NCBI GenBank assembly: GCA_000091205.1
Contig: AP006498.2
Direction: 5' to 3' (one strand)
Origin: Cyanidioschyzon merolae
Lineage: Eukaryota
DNA: 64,000 bases
Numbering within the stretch: the stretch's first letter is position 1; each line of letters begins with the position of its first letter. A program made the translations under genes and the position numbers. Of this stretch, positions 11,561 through 21,372 are shown one piece after another. The notes beneath the pieces are model-generated. The model had not been told where the DNA came from, did not search any database, and saw only the letters and a program-made list of their open reading frames with translations.

Positions 11561-12159
11561 AAGCCGCTACCCTGCGCTGAGAAGCGAGGCCTGTGTCCCG
11601 CGACTAGGCGCAGGTACGCCTCAGATCCAGTGCCTGCAGATGACGCCATGGATGTTGTCAGGAAATGTCGCATTTGGCGGGATGCTTGCTTTTTGGTATT
11701 TATGTCCATTATTATCTATACGTTTTCAGATTGCCTTTTGATGATATTTATTGGGCAGGCGGGTTCCTCCTCGCCGGCCAGGGATCCTCGATCGCGCCCT
11801 TGCCACGAGCACGCAGCGGCGTATTCCGCGTACCGCGCCCTATTGCCGAGTACCACCGCGCGCACTTTCCCTCGGAGATATGAATTCGTTTCCAGGTTCT
11901 CATCGGTGTTCGATACTGCCTTGAGCTGCGCTGCACCTTCTACGATGCAGTTTCCAGTGGCGTTGGTAGCAGATGTCGAGTAGACGAGCATCGCTGGACA
12001 CCGGTTACGCCCGACAGAACGCGGATCCGTCTGAGCGTGGCATCATCGTTGACCCTTTTATAGAAAGTGGAGGATCTTTTTCGCACGAACCGGGCCAGTC
12101 TGGACAGCGCGATGCCTAAAGGTATTCGGGAGCCCGTCTGGAATGCGGAATCGCACGAT

Positions 12160-13480
12160 GCTGGTCGACGATTATTGTTCGTGAAACAAAAAATGTCCCA
12201 CGACTATGAAGGGTAAAATGAATACCCGAGTGCAGATGCCTCCCAGCCGTTTCTTGACCAGCCGCCTGCTAACGACATCAGCTTCTCGTTATGATAGCAT
12301 CGGAAGCCGCCGGACGAGGGTCGCTCGCGTGAGCTCCTCGGGTCTCGTCGTCAGCACCTGGCATTGTCCGATATTGATAGCAGCATTCAAGTCTCGGTTC
12401 GCGAACTCCCCGCGTGCATTGGCGCTGGCTGAAGTCATCAATGCAAGGATTCCTCGAACTCGTGTCCTCGGTGCCATTTGGTGCTCGGCCAGCGCTCCGT
12501 ACCATTCTGTCGCCGAAGCGCTGCGCGGCCTTCTCTCCATCTCGACGTTCTGAAGTGACCACCCCAGGTCATCCAATAGATTATGTATTTCTTGCATATA
12601 AATGCTCTTGTTTCTGTCCTTAGGTGAGGACGTTCCCGAAGGGAGACGGATTTGCGGAAGCAAGACCAGATGTACCCTGGTGCCGCCATGTGCTTAGCGC
12701 TTTAGCGATTCAACTAGTGGAGCGATCATTACGTTTCATGGTAATAACACTCCTTCGATGGGGTTCAGCTGCAGGTTGTACTGATGCATGAAAACCAGCT
12801 CTTCCCCGATAGAATCAGCAAATGCTCGGACGCGAGGGATGTGCTCAAATGCCTCGTGGTACAATAGAAGCAAGTCGCGAAACGTTACACGAAAAGTCTT
12901 TTATTTATCGACAAAGTGGTTGCTGCTGATATATGAGCGTTTTCTACGTGCGAAACTAAGACAGCCAAATGAATTCTCTATAGCTAATACAGCTGATGTC
13001 GTCGTTCTCTTCGGGATCGTTGATATAGTCAGCCGGCTCCCTGATCCGCGAATACCCACAAACGTTCCGACAGTTTCATTCGAAGCAATTCTCATCAACT
13101 AGAGAAAAAAACCAACGTCCCTTGGCTTCGTATCGATTCCGACGTTCCAGAAACGCTGTAGGTGCAATTTCTGTGGAAGGTGGCCGTGCGTGATCTACGA
13201 CTCTTTTTTGCGACTGAATCCTAGTGTTTACGGGACCGCACGAACGAGCTGTTGCGAAACAGAGAAGCCTGTGGCGGTTACGATCGCCGCTTTTGCTATT
13301 TGCGTAAGATGCTCAACCGGTCCTTTTCTACCATTGACCACAAGCACGCTTTAAGAATACAATTCTCTGCCCAAGGCGCGTATACTTGTTTCGTTCTGTG
13401 TTCCTCAACCATCTGAGTACTGTGGTATAACTGTGCTTATGGAGGAATGCAGACCTCTTCGCACTGCTCAGTAACGAATG
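12160..13480 (-). mobile_element. Family-X TnpB/Fanzor-like transposon remnant, copy 1. The tnpB-like gene is on the minus strand and carries frameshifts.
   Basis: Its ends are defined by homology to the second copy at 35060-36480. The left ends read tattgttcgtgaaacaaaaa(a)tgt...cagatgcctcccagcc. The right ends read attgacca(c/a)aagcacgctt...cagagtactgtggtat(a/g)act...gaggaatgcaga...cactcagtaa. The minus-strand ORF 12289-12663 encodes ...ANARGEFANRDLNAAINIGQCQV, a canonical TnpB RuvC-III (D.NAA.NI) motif. ORF 12901-13098 has VLAIENSFG, resembling the RuvC-II glutamate motif. Confidence 0.55.
12289..13100 (-). pseudogene. TnpB/Fanzor-like RNA-guided-nuclease homologue, frameshifted (family X copy 1).
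   Basis: Split across at least three short minus-strand ORFs. The RDLNAAINI motif is followed by the C-terminal tail LTTRPEELTRATLVRRLPMLS, which is shared with copy 2 (ALKTRPEKLTRADFVRQPLML). Confidence 0.5.
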
Positions 13481-13510
13481 CATCCTACAGGCAAGTCACC
13501 CACGATCTGT

Positions 13511-14377
13511 TCAAAACATAACATCATGACTTCGATCACCTGCGATAACCTGCAAAAAGAGCATTCGGTAACACGCAGGCGTGGTTGAGTAAAATTGAGT
13601 TTCCAGAATATGACTAGTGCTGAGCATGCGATAACCGCCCCAGTGCATCCCTGAACCTTCAGCGGCATCTGCAAGGTGGTGTTTCTCTTTGGATGTCAGA
13701 TCTGACTCAGCGCCGGTCAAATGTGCAGCATTGATATGGACGCCGTGTCGAGTCCCCGCAGCTGGATGGATGAACTGAATGATCTCATGACGAGAACTTG
13801 CCATGTCTTTCAAAATTCGACGAGAGGACACATTTTTGCGACTTTGGGTCCTGTCACGCTCCTGGGCACTTCTACGAGCCGTCATCGTCACTGACATTGC
13901 ACCGTAAACATCACAGAGACATACGCTGTGCTTGTGGCGCTGGTCAATTCCACCGATGGTACGGGGGCCGAAGACCAAAGCTCCTCGCTTGCAGCGGATC
14001 TTTGGGAAATCGGTAGGACGATGAGGGTCTCTGTGTTTTCGCGATAATATGATGAACGCTGCGATATCAAAAAGCAGCGCACTGTAGTCGTCAACCAGTT
14101 GCCCGGGAAAGTCGTTTCTGGTGTATGCATGCGGCTTCCCAGGCTCGCTGTATCGCTGATTGATCCAGACGAGTGGCTTGTTCCCGGCAGCGACGAAGAG
14201 AGGCACAGCATCGATCTCAGCTGCGTAGTCTTCGAACGCTTTTGAGCGATGAAAAACGATACTGTCTACGATCAGGACAGAATAATTTACGAAGCAGTAC
14301 CCACGACCTGCTTCGACGGAATGATGGCATGTTGAAGGAGCTTGGCCATTCAGTGATTTGCAGGCGACCACACACAA
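13511..14377 (-). CDS. Hypothetical ORF of 288 codons. Doubtful as annotated.
   Basis: The track start is TTG (cag ttg tgt gtg...). The first in-frame ATG is only at about codon 160 (MSVTMTARR). I recognise no domain. It abuts the right end of family-X copy 1 but has no counterpart next to copy 2. Confidence 0.2.
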   Translation of the reverse strand: MCVVACKSLNGQAPSTCHHSVEAGRGYCFVNYSVLIVDSIVFHRSKAFEDYAAEIDAVPLFVAAGNKPLVWINQRYSEPGKPHAYTRNDFPGQLVDDYSALLFDIAAFIILSRKHRDPHRPTDFPKIRCKRGALVFGPRTIGGIDQRHKHSVCLCDVYGAMSVTMTARRSAQERDRTQSRKNVSSRRILKDMASSRHEIIQFIHPAAGTRHGVHINAAHLTGAESDLTSKEKHHLADAAEGSGMHWGGYRMLSTSHILETQFYSTTPACYRMLFLQVIAGDRSHDVMF

Positions 14378-14833
14378 CTGAATCGTCGCTAGGGCGGATT
14401 TCGTCGGAATGCTCGCTTGTCTCCTCTATACCAAAAACCGTATTCGGGTAATGTTTTTCAACACGGCCAGATCTGTTTCCAATGCACAACGTTCAGGGCG
14501 AGGACTATGTTATGAGTGGTTCATCCACCTGCTCACCATAAAACGACTGAGTTTTACAAGCGGCGCCGTTTTCCCGCACGCTCGCCGTGATAGCCTCAAG
14601 CCGATTCGTCACCTCCCTCCAGTCTACAGCACACATTCCCACCATTGAATACTTGTGAGAAACACGAATCAAATCATCAAGAGCGTGCTGGTCCAGGTAC
14701 TCCAGGATTCAGTGCTCGCAGCGTAACAATACTAAGGCCAGGCGAGGGAATCTCGAGCCGAGCACTCTTACGAGCACTCAGCGGTTCAGGTTTCCAGCGT
14801 GTCGTCGGCGGTTGTTTTCAACCCAGATACCAT

Positions 14834-15850
14834 CTATACGTCTTCACCCTGCGAAACTGGTGCCCCTCGAGCTCTCTTCGCACCAACTGTTCGTTTCCTC
14901 TTCGGTTCAGGAGCTTCGGAGCCTTCGAGTCCTTGCTCTGTAGTCGAGGCATCAGCACATAACCAGTTCTCCTTGTCTTGCGTGATTCGATGTTGGACGC
15001 GCTGGACGGCGTCACACATGCACTCTAGCTGCTGCTGATACGCACGCCAATCCTCAGCTGACATTTGTCGCCTTTCTGCAAATCCTGGCAGCACGATATG
15101 ACCTAAACTTTCAAGTTGAACCCAGTGACGCGTTGTTGATGGCGAAGTTGCGGCTTGCAACTGGAGCCACTCTCCGGCAAGGAGCTGGTGCAGTCGTTGC
15201 TGCTGGACCTCAGGAAGAGATTGCAGCAGAGTATGAACGTCTTGCCACTGCTGCTCACGAGACAAAAGACGTAGTTCGAACTCTGCTTCACGAACACGCG
15301 TTTCAGGGAGGGCGAATCGTTCGCGATTTTCGCGCAGGCGTGCAACGACCACTTCTCGAGAGGGATTCGGACCCTCGTTGATTACTAAACCCATCTTCGT
15401 CTTCGCCCCGGCCTTGATTTTTTCCCTGTTCACTAAGAAAACCTCAGCCGGATCAATCTGAAGCCCAGTAAACTCTGCGAGCGATTGCTGTCCCAGGAGT
15501 TTTTGCGTTTGCAGGTTCAGTTGGGAGATCGTCTTGCCGACAAGGTACCCGCTCTGTACTATCTGGGACCAGCGCCCAACACCGTGCACCATCAAACACA
15601 GACGCAAGCGGTGAACCTCGTCTCCAGTCCATCCAGGCGACAAACTAAAGTTCCAAAGAGACAAAGCGTGAGGTGCAGCGGGCCCTGGCTTCATGTCTCC
15701 CTGCAGGAGCACAAGCCCAGCGTCTCCAAAGCGTTGACCGGAATTTTGGCGCCAGCATGCGTCGACTGTTGCTGGCGTTTTGCGCGCCAAACTCGGGCGT
15801 TGAACTTTTGTTGTGCGCTTGAGAGCCTCGCCGGCATCTTCGTGACGCAT
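14834..15850 (-). CDS. Myb/SANT-like DNA-binding domain protein.
   Basis: ATG start. WTGDEVHRLRLCLMVHGVGRWSQIV fits the Myb/SANT W..(D/E)E...L...V...G...W..I pattern. The Q-rich coiled C-terminal half ends in a KRKRTVGAKRARG basic tail that may be a nuclear localisation signal. Confidence 0.5.
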   Translation of the reverse strand: MRHEDAGEALKRTTKVQRPSLARKTPATVDACWRQNSGQRFGDAGLVLLQGDMKPGPAAPHALSLWNFSLSPGWTGDEVHRLRLCLMVHGVGRWSQIVQSGYLVGKTISQLNLQTQKLLGQQSLAEFTGLQIDPAEVFLVNREKIKAGAKTKMGLVINEGPNPSREVVVARLRENRERFALPETRVREAEFELRLLSREQQWQDVHTLLQSLPEVQQQRLHQLLAGEWLQLQAATSPSTTRHWVQLESLGHIVLPGFAERRQMSAEDWRAYQQQLECMCDAVQRVQHRITQDKENWLCADASTTEQGLEGSEAPEPKRKRTVGAKRARGAPVSQGEDV

Positions 15851-16681
15851 ATAAACATTAGGATTCAGCGAGCTTTCTTCGCGAACAGGCCCAGACGCGT
15901 AGATTCAACTTTGTACTATTGAGCATACGTTTGACTGCGCTCGGTGGGGGTTTGTGTACGAGCGGGTGTTGCCAGGTTGTCACTTCAACTTGAAGCAGCA
16001 CGAGTCTCGCGTGTTGGCACTCGGGTCCACGTTGGTGTTCACGAGACCGCTGTACGTACCCGTACTGTGGCAGGAAGGTGCATTATTTGCGCCTCTCGTT
16101 CTGAAACTGCGTAGAGTGTGTCCGCGTGGTGCGAGCTGGCCCGAAGCAGCCTTCGCTTGCGCATCGCCTCAAGCGAGTGTGCTGGTGCACTTGACTCGAA
16201 GAAGCTCTGAGCGGGACGATCCGGATTTTTCGGTGCGTTCTACGTAGTGTTCACTTGTGGTGAACGATAACACCAGTGTGAACGGTTGGGTGGTACCGTG
16301 CGAAACGTTTCGCAAGAGGGCACAAACAGACGCGCTCATTGCCTTGTGCAGCAGCCGAGTTTGAACCGAGGCCGTTCCGGAATAGGTCTCGCTTCCTGTC
16401 TGTTCGCAATCTTCAGGCAAGTACAGTGTTGTTCAGCAGCAAAGCGCACACCGGAAACTACGCACCTTTTGTCAGTACGAAGTTATCATACCCAGTGCTG
16501 TGCTTGCGCCGGCGGTCTCATCGGTGACACCCGAATTCCCCGCTCGGACGTATTCGTGAGTTTCGCTCTGCAGAGTCACGCGCGGCAGCGTGGATTCCTT
16601 AGAGGGAACCACTCTGAAAGATTGGCGAGCTTCTCAAAAATCACTCGCGCGTACAGGGCGTAGCTCGAGCTATTTGAATAA

Positions 16682-18274
16682 ATGACGAAGCAGGTCTCCG
16701 CTTCGAATGCATTCGATACTGTATTGACGGCAGCACGTTCTGCAAAGAAGGAATCACCGCAAACTGACTCGTCAGCTTTGCAAGAGAAACACCGTAGAAA
16801 GCCTCGTGCTGACAAACGCTCTATCAAGCAGGAGCACACCCCTCTGGATACGGTTTCGTCATCTGATTCCGCGGCTCCCTACTGTTTGGAAAGTGTACCG
16901 CGGAATTCGAGCGATGGCGCACCGGGTTTGCAGCCAAACGGTTTATGTAATGTTGCGTCCTGGAAGAACATACAACCGCTTCGAACGTACGTGCACCAGG
17001 GCGCAGTCCACTGCCTTGTCATGAGCCCGTCGGGGAGCGTGCTGCTCTCGGCGTCGACTCGTGGCTCACTCTGCCTCTGGGATGCGCAAGTTGGCGACCA
17101 CATTCAGCTTCGGGAACTGCGCGATACCCGAGAACATGTCTTTAATCGATATATCGAAGAATATCTGACAGCTCGCTTTACCCCCGATGAACGGTATGTG
17201 GTCGCCGCCGGAACCCGACGAGATCGCCACCTTTGGGACTTTGACGAGTCTGATTGCAAGGTGGTGCCGCCTGCAATCAAAATATTCGATGTTGTGAGTG
17301 GCGAGGTCCTAGCCGACCTAGAGGGTCACCTAGAAGAAGTCTTCTGTGTCCAAATATATCGCGAGTTGGGCGATCATGGACCCTGGATGATGATGAGTTG
17401 CTCCCAGGACGGCACAGTCATACTCTGGCGGTTTGCCGCCAACGGTACCGCTTTCAACACTGCCACCAAAGAGCGTGTCATTTCGCTGGAAGCACTGGAC
17501 GTCGAGCAGCTTGATCCAAACTATGTCTCTGGTATCTCTTTGAGCGAGCCGACTGCACGAGATGCGATTCAAGCGCTGGCACGCCAAGTAGGTGTCGCGC
17601 CCAACGAGTTGAATGGCGAGTCCTACATCGCCACCTGGTGTGCGTTGCTGCCGGCTACCGCTGCGCGCTATGCGTTGGTATCCGTCGACACTGGACTGTG
17701 TGTACTCGACCTGAAAGCCGGTCGGGTGATTGCCAAGTTCCCAGCCCTATTCACGGCGATTTGCGATTCCTTTCTCGTGCTGGATGACGTCGACGAGGCT
17801 GGTACGCGTTACTTTTCGCTAGCGGTCCATGGCGTAGAAGCGCTCTCCGGCGACGGGCGCAATGCCGAACAGATTCGCCCCGATCGATGTTTGCTCTGTC
17901 GTCTGTACGTTCCAATGAAAGACGGTGATCAGTGGCGTCTGATCACGGAGCAAGAGCTCAGTCATTCAACGAAATACGTTTCCAATGTCTGGCCCTCTCG
18001 AATCAGTGCAGCTGCGGGGCAATGGGTTGCAGCGGGAACAGAGCACGGCACGGTTTGTGTTTGGGATCTCACAAACCGTGGCCAACATCTGCTGACCCTC
18101 GTGGGCTCGCACGACAATCAAAGCTGTGTGCGGGACCTTATCGTTCATCCAACACGGCCATGGCTCTATAGCGCTGCTGATGACGGTACCATTCAGGTTT
18201 GGGCGGTGCCTTCTCCGGCGGACGCCGGGGACCCGCATGCGCCTACCTCGAATGGCATGTGTGGAAGCATATAG
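16682..18274 (+). CDS. WD40-repeat protein.
   Basis: ATG start. Multiple WD repeat endings: GSLCLWDAQ, DRHLWDF, GTVILWRF, GTVCVWDL, DGTIQVWAV. Confidence 0.65.
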   Translation: MTKQVSASNAFDTVLTAARSAKKESPQTDSSALQEKHRRKPRADKRSIKQEHTPLDTVSSSDSAAPYCLESVPRNSSDGAPGLQPNGLCNVASWKNIQPLRTYVHQGAVHCLVMSPSGSVLLSASTRGSLCLWDAQVGDHIQLRELRDTREHVFNRYIEEYLTARFTPDERYVVAAGTRRDRHLWDFDESDCKVVPPAIKIFDVVSGEVLADLEGHLEEVFCVQIYRELGDHGPWMMMSCSQDGTVILWRFAANGTAFNTATKERVISLEALDVEQLDPNYVSGISLSEPTARDAIQALARQVGVAPNELNGESYIATWCALLPATAARYALVSVDTGLCVLDLKAGRVIAKFPALFTAICDSFLVLDDVDEAGTRYFSLAVHGVEALSGDGRNAEQIRPDRCLLCRLYVPMKDGDQWRLITEQELSHSTKYVSNVWPSRISAAAGQWVAAGTEHGTVCVWDLTNRGQHLLTLVGSHDNQSCVRDLIVHPTRPWLYSAADDGTIQVWAVPSPADAGDPHAPTSNGMCGSI

Positions 18275-19109
18275 TGCCGTTCGCTGATGACGAGTGCTCG
18301 TTGTTCGTCTATCGACACGATCATGGCGGCGCCCGAGCGTTTCGACTCGATGGTATCGTGGACCGGGTCGCCACCTGGATCGGACAGCTGTAGACAGTCC
18401 CGATTCCAGACAAGAGGCATGGAAACGGCCGACGTTACGGAAGCAGCTCCCGGGCGGGCAATGTCACGCTAAATTCGGGCTAGACGAGGTCGCTGCTTCC
18501 GATGCTAGGCTTGCGCGTCTTGGAAGGAAACGTATTGATCATCACACAAACATGCGGTTCGTACTGGAGTCCGTAGCTGTGATTCCCAAACTGAGGTAAC
18601 GGATCATTCCCGCACAGCCAGTGCATCGACGAACGCATCAGATACCTCAGGGTACGTTTGCGTGCCTGGAATATAAACGATAGCCCGCATTGGCTAGGCA
18701 GCTCTTTACTGGCCGCGTTGCAGCTTTGGTACCGCATCCGCAGTGTCCAGCATGCTCGCGGTGGGCGTTACTGGCTCGACGCGGCTCCCGCACCGTCCAC
18801 GCTTGTGTATCGAGCAGCGTCAGGTGCGCGCCCTGCGACGTAGACGCCGCTGCAAGAGACAACTCCTTCTTTTGCTCAGCTCGACGCTGGCGTCATGATG
18901 CAGGCTCGAGCGAGCGGGTGCGTGCTCACGCTTGAGCAACGAAAACGCGGCCAAGACGTTCCAGATGGCAGCATGCGCTTCTCCAGGTACGCGTGTCGCG
19001 TACGGTGTATCCGGCTTTGCGTCCAACAGCCAGCAGTTGCCCGCGTGTTCTTGTATGGATCTGGTGCTGCATTTGCTTCACGTATTCATTCCGAAGCATC
19101 CGAAGAGCA

Positions 19110-19310
19110 TCGATAGATGCTGGCACTCGGGTGCAACAACAACAACAACAGCAGCGATCTATGCGCAAAGCAATATCCTCGTGTTACGGTAGCCGGGCAC
19201 TGTAGTCATCGATAGATGCTCGCACTAGGGTGCATCAACAACAACAACAGCAGCGATCTATGCGCAAAGCAATATCCTCGTGTTACGGTAACCGGGCACT
19301 GTGTTCCGTG
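19110..19310. repeat. Tandem duplication of two units of about 100 bp, each containing a (CAA)n(CAG)n microsatellite.
   Basis: The unit atcgatagatgctggcactcgggtgcaacaacaacaacaacagcagcgatctatgcgcaaagcaatatcctcgtgttacggtagccgggcactgtagtc is repeated immediately with about six substitutions. Confidence 0.6.
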
Positions 19311-19575
19311 TGCCGTGCGAACTACAAGTCGTACGACATGCTCGACTCGCGTGCAAACTCCCAGTTCAGTACCAGGAAGCTCGACATCCTCGCCATGCGA
19401 TCTCTCTCAACACCGTTACGTCCCAGCGCGATAATCTCGAGGCACCAGCGGGTACCCGTGTCTCGTGTGTCCTCCTATCAGCGGTGACAGCAGTTGTCGC
19501 TCTCTGCTGATCAAGGCACCTATCCAATACTTTGCAATCGCAGTCAATCGTCGTCTAGTGCCTCCAGTGCACGGT

Positions 19576-21222
19576 TCAAAGCATTTCTCTGAGCCGCCGC
19601 ATACGACGCGCCAGCACCACGTGCGGTTCATCTGGTTCCACCGGAAGCACCGGAAATGGCTGGCCTCGAGCACGATCCACAATCAGTGCGTTTGCCGCCT
19701 CAAGACCCGTCACATAGGCCTTCTCCTGCGAAAATGAACCGTGCCTGGTATCGATCCAGTCGCCCGCAAAGTAGACATTATTTTGAAGGCCTGCATCCGT
19801 GGCGCGAACTTGTGGAAAGTGTCTGTAAGAGCCCGGCCGAAAGTGCGTCACAGCTCTGGGTGCACGAACCACAGTCGAGTCTATGACGCGAGCTTCGTTC
19901 ATGGCAGAAGCAATGCACTTGCGCAGAATCCGGTCACAGTGCTCCACAATCGAGTCATTATCCCAGACCAAGAGCGACGATGCGCCGTACAAATCCATTT
20001 CAATGACCTCACCAGGTGCATCACCAAATGACTCATCGTGAAGCGCATTCAGATCGAAAAAGGTGCCACCGATATCAGCATCAAAGCCGAAAAATGCATT
20101 ACTCGGACGGTGGAGACGCATTCGGCGATCATAGTACAAGCGTACTGCAAGAACATCTACACTTCCCAAATGCATGAAGCGGCGAAACTGACTCGAGTGT
20201 TTCGCGAGCGCTGCCGACTGCCGTACGAGCGCCTGGGCCCCGGAGATACCCACTGCGAAGATGACGGCATCAACGGGCAGGCGTTCTGGACTATTGCCCC
20301 CGTCCTGCAGCATGAGAGCGTCAACATGGCCTCTGGTTGGATGCAGATCAACGTCGACTACGCGGGTGCCTAGGCGCAGGTCGAGGCCGCGCTGTTGCGT
20401 CATGACTTGTAGCCAGGGTTCGAATACGCGCTCTGCTGTGGTGCCACGGACCCATTTCACGTCAAAGTCACTTTGGTGCGCGAGAATGAAATAATAGAGC
20501 ATACCCAGCGCACCGCTCGCAGAGCACAGCTCACTCGGCGCAAACAAGCCTACCAGTAGCATCGGTTCGAACGCGTTTGTGATGAGACGTTCACTACAGC
20601 CGTAGCGGGTGAAAAGCTCTCGTGCCGTCATCTGGTCATATTTTCTCCATGCTTCTGGCGAGTTGTCAAAGTCTGCCACGGCGTCGAAGAGCGCGAACGC
20701 TGAAAGTCGATCCATCCACGGCAAGCGATAGAAGCGCGGATATATCATGGTGCCGAGTGGGCTCGGTAGTCGTGGCAGCTCGCTAAAGAGCGGCGACTCT
20801 GCTTCCAAACCGGCTGGCGAGTACTGGGCGCTACGGGTGAATCGCGTGAAAGGGTCTGCGTCTCCTGCTAGCCTCAACTGACGATAGACCAGGTCGAAGA
20901 TATTTACATAAGGCTTCCAGAAACCGTGGACGCCAACCTCTACCGGCCTGTTTTCACGCTGAACCCAGCCAGCGGCAAGGCCCCCGATGGATTCACGGCT
21001 CTCGATGAGCGTCACGTGGAAAGCCTCGCGGTTCCGTGGAGAGCTCGTAAGCGCATGGGCAGCGCCGAGTCCAGCCCAGCCCCCGCCGACGATCGCGACC
21101 CGCAGCGGTCTTGTTCTCGATTCAGGGTCCGCGCTTGCAATGCAAGTTCGAAGGCAACGCTGGCGACTGAGGTTCTTGCAGTGACGCGACTGTCGCCTGG
21201 TTGGAAGCGCGCTCTGAAACAT
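19576..21222 (-). CDS. FAD-dependent amine-oxidase-superfamily oxidoreductase, a PDS/ZDS-like carotenoid desaturase homologue, with an N-terminal extension.
   Basis: ATG start. The dinucleotide-binding motif RVAIVGGGWAGLGAAHAL...VTLIESRESIGGLAAGW, the HGFWKPYVNIFDLV block (compare PDS/ZDS GLH.FFG.Y.N...L) and the C-terminal VYFAGDWIDTRHGSFSQEKAYVTGLEAANAL (compare LAGDYTKQ.Y..SMEGA.LSG) place it in this family. A roughly 35-aa basic N-terminal extension is consistent with organelle targeting. Confidence 0.65.
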   Translation of the reverse strand: MFQSALPTRRQSRHCKNLSRQRCLRTCIASADPESRTRPLRVAIVGGGWAGLGAAHALTSSPRNREAFHVTLIESRESIGGLAAGWVQRENRPVEVGVHGFWKPYVNIFDLVYRQLRLAGDADPFTRFTRSAQYSPAGLEAESPLFSELPRLPSPLGTMIYPRFYRLPWMDRLSAFALFDAVADFDNSPEAWRKYDQMTARELFTRYGCSERLITNAFEPMLLVGLFAPSELCSASGALGMLYYFILAHQSDFDVKWVRGTTAERVFEPWLQVMTQQRGLDLRLGTRVVDVDLHPTRGHVDALMLQDGGNSPERLPVDAVIFAVGISGAQALVRQSAALAKHSSQFRRFMHLGSVDVLAVRLYYDRRMRLHRPSNAFFGFDADIGGTFFDLNALHDESFGDAPGEVIEMDLYGASSLLVWDNDSIVEHCDRILRKCIASAMNEARVIDSTVVRAPRAVTHFRPGSYRHFPQVRATDAGLQNNVYFAGDWIDTRHGSFSQEKAYVTGLEAANALIVDRARGQPFPVLPVEPDEPHVVLARRMRRLREML

Positions 21223-21261
21223 GGTAAGCTGCGCGAGTGTCTTCGAACGAAAAAAGGAAAG

Positions 21262-21372
21262 CTCCGCGGCGGGGAGTCGAACCCCGGTCTCGACGGCGTT
21301 GTGAACTGCAACTGCGTCGACAACGTCGTATTCTGGCAGTTACACGAAAACCGTTCGTTAAACTACCGCGGA
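21262..21372 (-). tRNA. tRNA-like gene of 111 nt with non-canonical internal extra sequence (intron or introns suspected). Anticodon not resolved.
   Basis: On the minus strand the 5' acceptor strand TCCGCGG (reverse complement of 21366-21372) pairs perfectly with the 3' strand CCGCGGA (reverse complement of 21263-21269), followed by discriminator G. A canonical T-arm CGGGG-TTCGACT-CCCCG lies immediately 5' of the 3' acceptor strand, preceded by an ..GAGAC variable region, the same layout as tRNA-Asp/Glu-type genes. Downstream is an oligo-T tract (gagc TTTCCTTTTTTCG) resembling a Pol III terminator. The internal region of 77 nt is about 35 nt too long and contains a 12-bp hairpin, TCGACGCAGTTG[CAGTTCA]CAACGCCGTCGA. 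CCA is not encoded. Confidence 0.45.

Noticed and set aside
13511-14377. I considered whether the 288-codon ORF flanking family-X copy 1 could be a TnpA (HUH or serine recombinase) partner of the TnpB-like gene.
   Set aside because: It has no HUH motif, no catalytic Tyr context and no serine-recombinase signature. It lies outside the homology-defined element end, has no counterpart beside copy 2, and has no ATG for 160 codons. It is kept only as a low-confidence hypothetical ORF.
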